DNA of 64,000 nucleotides. Origin: Dicyema japonicum. Lineage: Eukaryota; Animalia; Dicyemida. Location of the stretch: contig RDEW01000026.1 of the NCBI GenBank assembly GCA_011109175.1, positions 62,001 to 126,000 on the forward strand, in the 5' to 3' direction. The notes below the pieces were generated by a model. The model was not told where the DNA came from. It was given only the letters and a program-made list of their open reading frames with translations, and did not search any database. The translations under genes and the position numbers were made by a program. Of the stretch, positions 39,096 through 54,977 are shown piece after piece. The first letter of the stretch is position 1; each line of letters begins with the position of its first letter.

Positions 39096-39499
39096 TGATT
39101 GGCCAATACTCGAATTTGATGGACATTATTTAAATTCGCCACAAGTATTTCCCCATTAAGTTTTATACAAATTCTCGTAAACCATCTCTCTAACCGAGTT
39201 ATCCATGTCAATAAATCTGCCAAAAAAGTTTCTATCGCCAAGATTTCCCCCCAAAGAATTCTCATTATTAGAGAGAGGTTATTTTTGTCGTCCTCATGCA
39301 AAGGTTGAGTAAGACTTACAAATATTGTAGAATATATTATAATGACAACCAGTATGTCTGACGAAAGAATTGTTTTCATGATAATTTAGATATTTTATTT
39401 TGTCGTATCTTTATTGACGGACTTAACTAATGGGTATACATTACTAAAGTATGTGTTGTGGCAGACTGGTTATGAATATGACAAACGGAAGGCTAATTA

Positions 39500-40960
39500 T
39501 TGTCGTTAACTTTATAAATGACTAGAAAATATTACGAAACTTTATAACACAATAATCAATACTTATTCTAAATTATCTCAATAAAGAGCAAAGACTACCC
39601 TATAAAAACACTTTGGATAAGGTAAATATCCGACTAATCAAGTCGAAACTAGCGTCTCTTTAAAGCAGAATAAAGAAACTCAATAGAAAATACGACATAA
39701 AACTGTTGGAGACGAACTGAAAAATGATCGTTCCCTTGGACCAGACAACATCAACCCAGAGTTCCTAAAATATGGACCCCCTGTGCTAATTGATAAAATT
39801 AAAACACATCTATGTTTACCGGATATGAATACCTATAGCTTTGATCTGGACTACTAATACCTATCCAGAAACAAAACAATCTATTTGGCCCAGTGGAAAG
39901 CCTACGCCCGACAATCTTGCTCAATACTCTACGTAAAGTCTTGGCATTGCGACAAAAATCGTGTGGACGATTATCTCGCACCGAGTCATAATGGATTCAG
40001 GACTAGGAGATCAACCACGGATATAGTATGGAACCACAAGTGACGCTTAAACCAAAGATATAAAATCGAAACTACAATCCTAGATGATAAAAATCCAACA
40101 CGAAGCTAAGAGTTCGAATTAGCAAAACTGTCAAGAGAATTCTTGTATAATGTGATTACTCTTAAAGGGGATCCACTCTCTCCTTTGCTATTTTGTCACA
40201 TACTTGTAAACGACGCTACCTGAACTTCGATAATTTTATGGTGACATAGAAGAATCAATTTATTTTGAAGACGTCGACTTTATATCAAGAGATAGATCAG
40301 CCCTTATTCCCCTACTGGAAGTAGCTCCCAATGAACTTAATAAATGGTACCTAACCACGAATGTTCGCAAAACGGAACTAGTAGATATCAGAAGGATGAG
40401 AGAAGATCGGATGAACAATGAAGGAAGACCAATAAGCTTGGGCCTTACTTGAAGACAGTAAGGACATTGTTAAAGAAAGACATTCGCTGCAGCTACGCTG
40501 AATAAAGTTAAAAAGTACTGGATTGAGGGAAGACGATCAAGTACACTATTCAGGGTAAGGTTATACAATGCCCTTGTTAAACCAGTTTTATGATTCATCA
40601 ACATGGCGATGCACAAGGCTGAGGATTAGGGGATAGACACCTTTCATCGAAGGCAGTTGAGGAGAATGCTCCGTCTGAATTGGCCGAGGAAATAAACAAG
40701 AAAGCTTTATATAATGTTTACTCCACTGATCCTTTGAATCTCAAGATCAATGATTTGAGATGGAGACTCTGGACATATACTGAGATTGGAAATGGATACC
40801 CAGCTAATATAGCGATGAAGAGTACTTCCTTGAGACTGGATCACATTTCTGTGGAATCACACTTGATGCTGATCTCAAGTATACCAAAAAAGAAAATTAA
40901 ATGCGGAGAACATCTGGACGACGTGAGAGAAGTTGCACATTACGGAGGAGGTTGATTCGC
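39500..40960 (+). mobile_element. Decayed RTE LINE
   Basis: PGPDNINPEFLKYGP, LRPTILLNTLRK, KGDPLSPLLF and LRWRLWTY. Confidence 0.75.
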
Positions 40961-41107
40961 TTAGTTTGATAGTTTTTAACTCCCCACGTGTGAAACTATA
41001 ACGATAAGTTTTACTTATGTTGGTTTAATAATTATAATCCCAGTTTTATCCTTTGCTGGTGTATTTTCCTGATTAAATTATTTAAAATATAGTTGCTAGG
41101 CAATCAA

Positions 41108-41932
41108 ATGCTGTCAAACGAATATATTTATGATTTACTTCCTAAAAAATTAGCTCCAGTGCCATCGAAAATCAGGTAAGATGTGGTAATTACTTTGATA
41201 TGTCTCCAAATATTCAAATCATATTAAGGCTGAAGAACACACAAACAAATTTGCCCACAAAACAAATGGGACCTGCCAAACTAGACTTGAAACCTGCAGC
41301 AGAATATCTAAAGAAGCACGCCAATGATTTTATATTTCCTGAAAGTACTGGCGACCATGACTCTTAGGAAGAAAGTTTATATATAAGGATATTAAAAAGC
41401 CTCCCATACCCAAAGCAAGTGGTCAACCAAAAACTACACAGAATACACAAAAGGACTATATAAAGGCAAATGTAGCCGACGTGGTGACAGCAGTTCCTAG
41501 AAAAGTGAACAAAATTTACGTGGACACCGTGTATGGACATAAAAACCTGCTCGAACCATCAGGCTTGGAGCCAATGTACGTCAATAAAAAGGTAGAGATG
41601 GAATAAATGTGTAGGATTATGGACAAACTCCTGTTTATTTGAAAAATAGAACGGAGAACAACGAACGACTGAAAAAAGAAAGGAAATTGTCCGCACAAAT
41701 GAAAGCTGATCAAGAATCTATGAAATTGCTTCCAAAAGAAGAACAGGAATCAATTCTGGAAGGACTTAAACAAAATTGGGAAGATACCTATCGTCAGTAT
41801 TTGGGTCTATCAGTAATAATCGACACAATCCCTAAGCAAATAAGGAAGGAACGATTGGAAAAGGAGTTAGACGTTCTACAAAGGGATATCGAGCTCTTCT
41901 CTAGATTTAAGACACTCTATGTGGCCGATTAA
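41108..41932 (+). CDS. ENKUR: Enkurin (ciliary microtubule inner protein)
   Basis: EYIYDLLP, KTMGPAK, LEPSGLEPMYVNKKDYGQTP and LEGLKQNWE...LSVIIDTIPKQIRKERLE...YVAD align with human enkurin. Introns of 23 nt; the first acceptor is anomalous. Confidence 0.9.
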
Positions 41933-41989
41933 CTAACCAAAATAACCCATTAACTTAATAATATTTTACATTTTCATTATTTATTAGAA

Positions 41990-44725
41990 ATTGAACCTCC
42001 TAAAAGCAAGGATCTTTCCCAAATTGGTCATGCCCCTCGGAATATCCGCAGAAGGAGAGAGCCATCCCCTGGACCTGTCTAACACTGATGGATGTCTACG
42101 TCGTTTGAATCGTCTTGTGTCGGAGAGGATTATCCAACTCAGGATCCCAAGGTCGGCACGTCTAACACTGCCTCCTGTCTTTCAATGTTCAGGGCAGTCA
42201 ATGACAATATTCAAGATGCCTGGATACACCTTCTCTGCTTTCCACCTCTTGTCCTCGGATCACATCCGACCGAACTGAAAGAAGGGAACCTCAGTTCAAT
42301 CAACAAGAGAAATGTCTCTAAAAACGATACTGTTAACCTGGCCACTGCACTGGGAAGTCATTCGATTGCTAATCATCCGCCCTCATCGTCCAGGATCAAA
42401 AAAAATAAAAAGGACATTAGCAAAGAAGTGAGTAAGAAGGGCATGGTCGGGGACATTCGGAGTACCCTGCGTACGCTCTCCAGCAATGACAAGGTTCTTT
42501 CACTAACTAAAATAACTCTTGAGCTCATAACTCAAAAACATCCATTAGCCCCCTCGGATCTACGCGAGACAGAAATTGGGAAGGACATCCCACTTTGGTA
42601 ACCACCACAGATGATATCTGCTATCTCATACTTTCCAGGAAGCAGCAGTGCTGGATTGGTCGGCCTACGTCCGAGCCGTATGAAAGACCTAATTTCTTCC
42701 ACAACCGCAGATATGGGAAACTCCCTCATTAATTCAATAAAGACCTATACAGACCGCATTTTTCGGCCTGATATCTACGACTATGCCAGAGGACTCTTTT
42801 TACATCTAAATTGATTGCCTTGTGGTGGGTTAAGACCCATCGCTATAGGCAACGTATTCAGGCGCTTGATGGCGAAGATTGATGCCAGAGCAGCGAGCAA
42901 AAACTCTAAGTCCCCAACTGAGACCTACTCAACTAGGGGTTAAAATTCTTCATGGATGCGAGGCAGTAATACACTTAATCAGGAACTTTGCTACCAGTCC
43001 GCCAGACACTACGAATGCTATAATAGTTAAACTGGACATCCCCAATGCTTTCAATAGCATTCGCAGAGACAGAATCATAGAAGCTAGCATCTTCAGGATC
43101 CCGGAAATCAGCAGGATATGAAACTTGCATATAGCTCCCCATGTACGCTGATATTCGGGCAACACATCGCAGAATTCAAAACAGGAGTTCAACAAGGTGA
43201 CATCCTTGGCCCCCTGCTTTTCGCCTTGGGCATCGACTATCCAGCATCGACGATGTGAACTCCATTGAACCTATGGTACCTGGACGATACGACCGTCGGA
43301 GGTAATTGGGAACTTGTGGTGGCGGAAGTCGAGTCCGTCATCTCTGCACTTTGCGGTTTGGGTTGGGACCGAACCCGTATAAATGTGAAATTATAAACAT
43401 TCCTTGTGCAGAAAAAGACTTCCGACGTGCAATGGCTGCAATTTCTATTTATCTCCGCGACGTCTTGGTCACCCAACTGGAAAATACAATTTTTCTTTGC
43501 TCTCCTCTATACTGCAATAATGTGTCAACTCTCCTGGAGAGAAAAATACATCACTCCAACAACGGAATTTTCACTTTACGACTCCTTTTTCTTCTACGGA
43601 CAGCCCCATGTTTCACGGACATGCACTTTCTGAGAGCCATTGACGGAGAAGCTGAAGAATGCGGTTGAAGAAACACTCAACATTTCTTTTGATAAAACTG
43701 GCTGGATCCAATGAATACTACCTCTTCGCTACGGAGGAATAGGAATACGCTTACCACTAGAACTCGCACTCCCGGCTTACCTATCCGCGACATATGCTTC
43801 CAGTGGTCTCACACCCCAGATCATACGGTACAAACAATGGATCTGGCGCTGAACCAGTGTATGCATGATTCGAAAAGTCTGGACGTGACTGGGTGTTGGA
43901 TCCCTGAAGAACGCTAATAAACAACGAGAATGGGACAAGCCTTTATTCCCAAAGATCATAGAAGAGATAAAACCTGTGCTTGATCAGCATCGTCTGGCTT
44001 ATCTGGCTTCTCCATCAACGAACAAAAGTGGAGCCTGGCTCAGAGCTTTACCATGTACCACACTTGGGACACTATTGGATGACGACGCGACGAGGATTGG
44101 GGTTTCCGTCCGCTTCGGAATGGATGTTTGCACAATCCATCGAGGTAGATGTGGAGAAATGGTCGACGCGAAAGGTCTTCACACTCTTTCCTGTCGGAGA
44201 AGTGCTGGAAGGAATCCTAGACATGCCGCAATCAACGGAGTTATTGCTTGAGGACTTGAGGCTGCTGGATTTCCTGTCCAATTGGAGCCGCTTGGACTTG
44301 CTCAAGCCAACCTAAAACCGGCGGAACCACTATCTTCCCATGGAAGAGTGGTAAATAGCTTGCCTAGGACGCCACCTATGTCGATAGCCTCTCTCCTTCC
44401 AACCATACAACGGCATCAACTAACCCAGGCTCTGTTTCGGGGAAGGCTGAGACCCTAAAGAAAAAAATACGCATGTCTTGATGGGCAATTCATTTTCGAA
44501 CCAGTGGCAGTCGAAACGATGGGAATCATTGGAAGCAGGTCACTGACCCTGCTAAACAGGATCGGATCGCTCAACGAGAAGAGAAGAACGATCGGAGAGA
44601 AAGGAGCTGGCTCATTGAGCGCATTTCCTTGTAAATCGTCAGAGAAAACGTGTTCTCAATTATGAGAGCAGCTAGAAATTGCTAACTGTTACTTTTTGGC
44701 TTTAATATATTGTTTTTATTAAAAA
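41990..44725 (+). mobile_element. Long degenerate CRE-like RLE retrotransposon
   Basis: RPIAIGNVFRRLMAK, QLGVKILHGCEAVIH, KLDIPNAFNS, GVQQGDILGPLLF, WYLDD, CG..VDAKGLHTLSCRRSAGR..RHAAIN and FEPVAVET. A-rich 3' end. Confidence 0.88.
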
Positions 44726-44769
44726 AAGCTATCATAAGAAGAGTCCCTTCCCACAAACAAAGTATATCT

Positions 44770-45600
44770 TCAATTTAAATGTGCCGACGATTGAATATGC
44801 CTGTTCTGTTTGGAGATTCGCTTTTCCCTCTTCGAGAGTCAAGCTTATGAAATCTCCCAGACGGAAGATCATGCGGCACATTTCCTTTCAGAGGCGGCGA
44901 AGTTGAGAAATGTTGGTTCCCTACGCATCTGCAATGAGTTATGAACCCATCCAGAGAAAGGGCGGGCCATGCGGAGGAATTCAGTGCACTCCGATAGAAT
45001 TCCTCTGCAGACATAAAAAGAATACACTTCCAGAGTGCAGTCAGATCGCTGGTGGAGCATTCGAGGAGAATTCGAGAGATGTTGGAGGCTGAAATCACCT
45101 ATTATTACCCTCAGGATCACTGGGTCAAAGAGAAAGAAATAAAGGTTCTCAACTAAATAGGTGATCCTAGACCGAAAAGCTGGGATTTTCTTGGTGGTCT
45201 TGGGGCTTTAAAAATAAAATATAATAATGCTAAATATTCTTATAGTTTTTATGACCAATGCTTTTAGTCGGGAAGGTCTGCAGGTTTGTGCCAATGATAG
45301 ATTAGAATGGTAGTTACTGATATTCATTAACCTCAAGAACACCGAGAAAGAAGGTGTCAAACAATTAGGTGATTCCAGCTATTTCCAAATTCTCTTCCGT
45401 TCCCGGAAGTACCTCCACGAATGCATGCAGAGGAACTCGATCACTTACGTGTTAATATGTTTCCTATCATTAAACATATTATAATGACAGAGGATGGCCA
45501 TATTCATATGTTGACTTTAATAATTTGTTAAATGTCTTGGAAATTCCTTCAAATCATTAGAGAATTCGGACTACCTTTCACTATCCTTCCTGTTTGTCGC
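44770..45600. mobile_element. LINE C-terminal fragment (+) and two xGIT*-family 3' tails (-, about 45100-45210 and 45325-45420)
   Basis: PTIEYACSVW on the + strand; ggatcac/gtgatcc hairpin tails on the - strand. Confidence 0.6.
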
Positions 45601-45930
45601 CATGTGTTGTGGTTTACAGTAAGCAGTTAAGGTTTTTTACAGCCGCAATGATCTTGTGGGCAATAGAACAGTGATTTATATCAGAAAATGAAATTATCGC
45701 TCATTGAATATGATTAACTCATATTGATTGAATTATTAAGAAATTGAGGGAATAACATGATTCCAGAAGATATAAACACTAGTAAATTGTCACACTTTAA
45801 TCTAATCACTAACTCCAATTGGATGGATATCTGTGTTAATTAACTATTTGCTGATTACTGATCTTTTTAATTAAATCAGTAACAATTGTGAGATATTATT
45901 AAAAACAACCGAGAATAAACCAAAATTTAA

Positions 45931-47262
<1,332 letters not shown>

Positions 47263-47547
47263 TTGATAGGTTGAGTAAAAATTTATTTATTTTTAAATTT
47301 GAAAACAAAGTAAAATATTTTTTTATTAAAAAGACGTAATAATTAATTTAACTAAAATTAATTAAAATAGAAACTTTAATAAAAAATAATTAAAAAAAAA
47401 ATTTTTTTTAAATGTTTAATTTTCAAAAAAAAATAATTAATGTTAAATTATAAATTAAATACAATCAAATTTAATGTTCATTTACATACTTTATCGATTT
47501 TTAAAATAACTTTTTATTTAGTCTCTCCTTGTTGTTTTAAAACACAA
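47263..47547. promoter_or_regulatory. Probable bidirectional promoter (ACAT2 / PIAS head-to-head)
   Basis: 285 bp of near-pure AT sequence between divergent start codons. Confidence 0.55.
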
Positions 47548-49301
47548 ATGTCTAAAAACGAACAGCTAACACCTTATTTGGTCATAAAATTATATTATTT
47601 AAAGACAATGTTGTACCACTTACGACGAGTTGATCTGCAGAGTTTATGTAACTTTATTCATTCAAAAATATCCGGGACCAAAGTTGATATGCTAGATAGA
47701 ATCAAAAACTACATGAGAGAACACAACAATCCCTCTCTTATTTTTGAAATTAAGCGTCTCTACAGGTTTCATGTTTCCTCATTCTCAGCAAAGACAAACA
47801 TGTGGATTCCCCTAAGAACCAAATAACGACCACTCCTATGGGTTATTTTTAATATTATTTCAGTGATAAAGCCCAAAACTACTAAATTGGAGAATTTACA
47901 ATTTGAAGAGATCCCTTATTTCCGGGTAATTCGAACCATCCTCCCTGCTTCTCCCATCAACCAGCCGTATTCTTTCGACTCCTACCAGTTGCTGAGTTTC
48001 CTTATCTACTAGGTTCTGTGACGGAATAGAAATGGGAAATCTTGTCAGTTGCGGTAGGGTTTTCCATTATTTAAGGATTGGAGTCCCAGAGTCAGGTTTG
48101 GTCAAAGACCAGTACCCCACTCACCTTCAGGTGAAGATCAATCGGAAATTGGTGGACCTGCCTGTAAGTTAACGTACTTAAAGTAGCCGTATTTGCCAAT
48201 AAAGCGCCAGAATGAGGTTCCGAAGAGGCCGAGGATCCCAGTGACCATAAACAACTGGATTTACTCGGGACCCCAAATGAAAAACAATATAATATCGTTT
48301 GAGAATCAGTCTGTGAACAAAAATTTTGTAATAACACGTGTCATTGTAGGACGACTTTTACGCTAGCATATCTGTGGTTAAGAAACTAAGTGTGGATGAC
48401 TTGCTGAGACAGATACAATCCCGTTCGATGATTCCTACAGAGACAACTCGGAGATCGGGTTTTCTTTTGTAGTTATGTAGTCCGTGAGCGACTGACCTGC
48501 GATAATGATATGGATGAACCAATGATGACAGAGTTCTACTTATCCCTGTTGTGTCCGGTAGTGTTTGTTGTGATTGGTAGATATCTCAGGCCAGACTTGA
48601 GATCCCGGTGAGGTCTTCACGATGTCTTCATCTCCAGTGTTTTGACGCTAAGATATTTTTGACAATGAATGAGAAACGGCCAAATTGGCGATGTCCCGTG
48701 TGCTCGAGGATGATAAATTTCAGGGATTTTCAAATTGATGAGTAATACGTGGTGTTTATTGAGATATATGACTCGAATATTGGCAGTGACTATGGATTCC
48801 GTGAAATCCGTGTCTTTTGACAAGTCAGGAGACTGGCACAACGTGAATGATATCACGGACAACTACCACAGTATAATTTGATTGATTTCAGATATCCCGG
48901 ACGATTTGAGTGACTTCGAAGACCAGAGTAGACAGACTCCTAGGAAACAGAGGGAAGAGCCTGAGGTGATTGTGATTGAGGACTCTGACGAGGAGGTACA
49001 GAATAGGGATGACTTGACGTTGGTGGAGGAGTCTGCGAGGACGGTGGATGACTCTAATCTATATGACCCGTACATGCACTTGACCTCAAAGAGACTGAGG
49101 ACTGATCCCTTGATGAAGGGAACTAATAATTCTTCGTTGTTATTCTCAATGGATAGGACTCATCCTTTAATGTTCCACTCAAATAATGGGATGTTCTACC
49201 ATCCTAATAATTTTGTTCATTCCCTTTTCAGAAGTTATCTTAATATGGAGAATACTGATAAAGACTGGAATTTACAAACAGAGGAAGGAAATGATTTTTA
49301 A
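47548..49301 (+). CDS. PIAS: PIAS-family SUMO E3 ligase
   Basis: SAP (LRRVDLQSL...GTKVDML), PINIT-like LQFEEIPYF, SP-RING LSLLCP...CLHLQCFDA...MNEKRPNWRCPVC and SIM VIVIEDSDEE. Confidence 0.88.
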
Positions 49302-49499
49302 AGATTTTTTATTTCTGGCTTAAATATTTGTGACATTATTAGTTAATTAACTCGATTTTGGTGATATTAAATTCTGAATAGTTAATTACAACGTCCAAAT
49401 GGCCAAGTCGTGAGAATTTTGTTTACGCATTTAGAAAATATATTATTTATAACTAATCTACTAATTTAATATTTTTACTGCAGTTTCAATAGTCCTTAA

Positions 49500-51170
49500 A
49501 CATACTTTATTCATGGACTTTCATTTTGAAGTTGTTATGACGTCAATCGTGTTTAAGCCAATAATCAAAGTTAACGTGGAGAATACAAACTCTTTCAGTC
49601 ATCTTGGTCGACCATTATACTTACGACAATATCACCACATAGCTATTATGAACCTTAAAAAAACGATTCGAATGATGAACGCACTCTGTCAGCTGGAGGA
49701 ATTATCGAACTGTCTCAGCAAGTCACTCACTTAGTTTCTTAACCACAGCTATGAGGGAATGCACTAACAGATCATCTTAGAATTAAACTGTTAAAAATGG
49801 CCAACTATCTATTTGAAGCTATTCGAACGTTGTTTGAGGTGAGTTGACATTCTTCAGGATTTAATTTATTTATTAACCCCAGATACACCGAGAAAGAAGT
49901 TAAAGTAAACAACTAATTAAATGTATCCAGTTTCTACTTCTACAGAGTCCATCCGGAATCAACATAAAGGGTAAAAGACGTTCATACTTGCAGTTGTGGG
50001 AACCCCTCCACATGAAGAAGAATCATGAACACCTGAAAGAAGGTTAATGCAGTTGTGACCTGTATTGACGACTAGTTCAAGAAAAAAGGATTGACCTCGT
50101 CCACCGAAAAGACGAATGCCATTTCCATTCAAACCTTAGGAAATGCCTCAAATTGTACTGTACACGCAGTGGTTTGAGTAATTTATCATTTTCTATTTAA
50201 ATAGTCATTCATCCGAAAATTTTCCATCTTGTCTCCTCACTATTTTATTATTATGACATCACTGAAAGGTTATATTCCTGTCTTCACAATGTCTCTTTAG
50301 TTTTACCATTTTCCATGCTGGAAACTGAAAACTTTAAATGGAGCACATGTTAGCACAAATCAGATCTGCCAAGTTGCTTTTATTTTTTAATGGAACTATG
50401 TTGTTCCTTAATCTCTGTATCTGAAAATGAATTTTCTGTCACTATATTTATATGCAACTTAGCTTCATCAAAAACACATATGAAATAACATATTTAATCC
50501 CCGGGGTACTGAGAAATAGACAAAAAATATATTCGAATAGTTAGGTGACCCCTGTTTCCGCAATTAACAGCGACAAATCCTCAATTGTACCCACCACTGT
50601 TCGGAAGGGCCTTCTTTAGTGCTTCACGAAAATCGATTGATTTTAATGCAATGTTAACGTTGTCTCATTTGGTTAACTGGTTACATTTCAGAATAAAGAT
50701 TTAGCACTCTTCACGTCAGTTTTGGTATTTATATTAACCTTATTGGAATTACATGGGTTCTGCTTTGAAGGGACTGGATTCCTCAATAAGGCCTCTCTTC
50801 AATCAATCATCATTAAGCTCAATATACGATAGCAGATCTCAGCCTTTCAAGGCAACTATTCTCTTTACATATTCATCCTCACTGATCGGACCTCTACCGA
50901 AAGTAAACTCTATAGTCTATCTCCTCACCTTTTCTAACATCAAGATTTACGGTAGAACTTTTACAGAACAAAGTCAAGTGTTAGCAAGGTTTTTTTTCAT
51001 TTCTTATTGGTCTCTGAGATATATTGTAATCTTCAAAGTCAGCAACGTAGACAGGAAAATCTGGAATGAGACTTCAATCAGATTCAACAACTGGTTCCAA
51101 AGTCTTAAGCCTCACTTATATGTTGGAATTAACTGGGATATAGAGTTCAGCTAGAGGGTAATAATTGACT
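49500..51170. mobile_element. Mixed decayed LINE and integrase remnants, including hairpin tails (49870-49930, 50495-50550) and an L2/CR1-like C-terminus (50750-51165)
   Basis: Tail motifs ggggttaataaa and gggtaataat; KIWNE motif resembling the CR1/L2 WNxLP motif. Confidence 0.4.
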
Positions 51171-51369
51171 GCAGCAACTATTAAGCAAATGATCGAAAAC
51201 ACCCACAATTATGGTTATATTATTTTTTTTAATTTTAGAACCGATTGTCGTCTAGATTGACGAGACAAAAGTTATCCGTATCACCGTCGACAATGGCGAA
51301 AGGGACATTGGGTTTTTTTTGGCGTAGAATACCCATCTTGGCGCTGTTTTCTAATTAAAATACTTCCGC

Positions 51370-53880
51370 ATTTGTGATTGATATTCCATAAAGAAAACTT
51401 AGCTATACGCATGGACGCAGCTGTGGTGGCTCATCGAGCATGGAGTATCAACGACAGGATTGCCATCCTTCAAGTATGCCTCGGAAACAACTGCAATACT
51501 ACCCTATCGATTATCAACGTATACGCACCGACCACAATGAGGGCATCAGCAGAGGAACTTGACAATTTCTACTCGTCCCTATCATCGGCTTACTCATCCC
51601 TGTCAAGCTCCTACATGCTCTTTATAGCGGGAGACTGGAACTCAAAAGTGGAGAAAAAGCGGGACGAATCAAATTGCTCGGGCAGTCACGCTAGGGATCA
51701 GAAATCTGTCCGGGGAGGCCCTTATACATTTCTGCGAGTCATTTGTATGTTCCTTTGTAACACGGCATTCCGACATGAAGCGCGACATGTTACGACGTGG
51801 ACATGGGATAGGAGAGACTCCTGTGAAAATTGCGTCAATATATTTAACCTAATCTATGTAAGCAAACATACAGAGGGCTACTCACGGACTCCCGTACGTC
51901 AGTGGCACGATAACCTCGAGTGATCACAGACTACTGGTGGCACGTCTCATTCTAAAGCTACGCGTTGGAATCTCCGGAGATCTGGCAGCTCGTACGCGAA
52001 TCAGGAACTTGGCTGTGGAGGCTCTATATGCTTCCGGCGATAGCCGTAAAAATTGGCGAAAAAATATAGAAACTACTGGAAAATGTCTACTCTAATGTGT
52101 CACCCGTGCTGCTATGGAAGTATATTTCGATCAGAGTCAGGCAGGCTACTGGGATGGTAATGGAAAATCGTCCAAGGAGGTTCAAGAGAACTTTTGACAA
52201 AGAAATAGACGAATTGTAAAAAAACAAAAGAAATTCCGACTCTTAATTGAGTCGTCGAACTCGACAAGCTTCACTGACTCTCTTAAAAGAGAACGTAACA
52301 GAATCAAATACAAAATAAAGAGAAAAGTGAAGGAACTAGCCTGGTATGCACTGGATAATTTAGCAAAAGACGCCGAACGACACAAACATGGTGCAAGAAT
52401 GTTTGCTGCGATTAAACAATTATCCCGCAATACCAGACTGGAAAGAATGGTAGTTTTCGATGATACAGGAAAAGTAATAATCAATCAGCAAATAAAATTG
52501 CAACTTTATACAAAAAACGATTAAATCTCAATGAACACTTGGAACCGTTCGAAGGAATTCAAAACACCACACATTACGAAGTCGTTTCAGTCATGAGTAA
52601 GCTCAAAAATGGCAGAGCCCTTAGACAGGCTAACTTGAGTGCAGAATTATTGAAATAGGACGTCCAAATGTCACAGTCTATTTGATACGGAGAATGATCC
52701 GAATTCAGAAACCTTGAAAGAGAAATCTAACAGTCTACGCCCGATTACACTAACGAATACGATAAGGAAAATACTCTCCCTTGTTGTGCTGGATCGTATT
52801 TCAGGCCTGTAAATGAGTTCCTGAATTCAAGTCAAGTGGATTCAGACCTGGATGATCAACGGCAGACGTTGTATGGAGCCACAGGTGTGTGCAATGTGCC
52901 AGAAACACAAAGAAGAAATCTCAATCCTTAAAATTGACCTATCCTGTGCTTTCGACACGATCAACGCAAAAAGCTAATGCACGTACTGGAAAGTATTCTA
53001 AACGAAGATGCATTACGTATTATCAGATTTTTACTCTCCAACACATCCTCATCAGTGCGTGTGGGAAATCAAAACTCGACAAGATTTAAAACTGACACCG
53101 GCGCACCACAGGGAGACTCGTTATCCCCGGTCCTATTCATAATATACCTGGAGGCAGCTCTAAGACCTCTCCGGGAAAAGAATTGTTTCACTAACGTGAT
53201 GGAAGTAATCTAGACCGAAGATATTGACTTCGTCTGCCGGGATAAGGAAACTATACTAAAAGTGATCCCTCAAAGGTTGGAGGACTGGTGTCTGGTAGTA
53301 AACCCAGACAAAACCGAAAGAACTATCATATCCCGTTGCACTACGAGAAACGAGGAAAAGTGAAGAACATGCAAGAAAGTTGGATCTCTCCTCGGGGACT
53401 CGGAGGAAGTTATTCACAGGAAAGTGCTGGCGATTGCCACTTTCAAAAAATGTGACGATCTAGATTCGGCGAAAATACGTAGGCACTCGCCTTCTAAATT
53501 CGGCTGTACAACTCCCTTATCGAACCAATTCTGTTTACAACGCGGGAACCTGAGACCTAACCACCAAAAAACTGGAGAAGCTCAACTTTTAAGAACTTCA
53601 GAAATGGCAGATCTTTGGACATATCCTTAGCGCTTCGTAAATGTCACCGGCCAATCAGGCCATGGAATCATACTTATTAAACAAAACAACGTATCGACAA
53701 AGAACTCATGTGCATAGGAAGGAAGCTGAAATCGGAGAGGATCTGAATAATCTGAGGGGGCTGCAAGAAACAGGGGAGGATGAAACGAATTACAGCGCGT
53801 ATCCTGAGATGCATGGCAAAAATGGAACCTCCAATTATTTAACTTTTCTGGTTCCTCGGACATTGCCATTAATAATAAAT
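51370..53880 (+). mobile_element. Degenerate RTE LINE (APE-RT)
   Basis: INVYAPT, IAGDWNSKV, LCNTAFRH, GAPQGDSLSPVLF and KVGSLLGDSEE. Confidence 0.85.
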
Positions 53881-53899
53881 CTCTAAATTGAAACATAAT

Positions 53900-54975
53900 A
53901 TATTGATAAAATCCAGAAAGATATAAGCAAAGAAAATCTCAAGATTCCTGAATGATAGTAAACAAGGACTTTCACAGCTTTAAAAAGGAGTACATATACA
54001 AGTCCAAAAAGAAAATAAACTCCTCAGGACGATTGAAGACTTGTTCCCTGTCCTCTTTCTAAACACCCGCGGAAGATCCTTTCCCTGATCGTGCTAATCA
54101 GATCCAAGAAGTGGACGGGTGGTTTCAGGACTGGGAGATCAACAACTGATGTAGTATGATGTCATAGGTGCCATTGTGCTATCTAGCAAAGATTCCAAAG
54201 TTCGAAGACTATTCTTGGAATTGATCTCACCAAAGCTTTCGACACTGTCCGTCAAGGAAAAATCATTGAATTGTTGGAAAGTTTCCTGAATCAGGACTCG
54301 GGAACCTTAATATCCTATCAAACACAGAGTTTTGAGTTAGTACTGGAAACTGTATGTAGCGAGAAATCGTGACAACACGCAAGGAGACTCCCTCTTCTTG
54401 GTATTGTCTGCTGAATACTTTGAATCTGCTCTAAGACATTTTTGGAAGTATTACAGCGACGATAATACAAAAAAAATTAACGCCGATAACGTAAAATTTG
54501 TCTCAAATAACAAAGAAGCACTTTGACGTCTCCTGAAGGTAGCACAAAACCGCCCGGCCAAATGGTCAATGAAAAATTATACAACAGATATCGTTATCAA
54601 GCAGATGCAGCACCAGATACTGGAGTAAGAATATAAAGCTTAGTTCCCTTCTCGGGGACTACGAAGACATTGCGAGAAGGAAATTGTTATCTACAGTGAC
54701 CATGCAAAAGCTTATGAAAGGACGGATCCAAAAACATCCAGTCTGGCCATCACTCCACCTCAGGTTTTGTGATACCGATCCTTGCGTATCACTATACATG
54801 CGAAATCTAGAAACCAACGGAAAAAGGCTTGACTCCTTTCATAATAATCAACTTTGATCTTTCTTGGGATTAAAGTTGCCAATGGGTGTAAGCAATGACA
54901 AAATACGCTCCTCTGGACCTCTGAGCGCCCTCATCATGAAGATGCGCTGGAAACTATTTGGTCACATTTTAAGAA
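53900..54975 (+). mobile_element. Highly decayed RTE RT
   Basis: GIDLTKAFDTV, QGDSL and RWKLFGHILR. Confidence 0.7.
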
Positions 54976-54977
54976 TT

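Noticed and set aside
47440-47547. N-terminal extension of PIAS from the TTG at 47440
   Set aside because: Low-complexity AT promoter sequence; the first ATG is at 47548.
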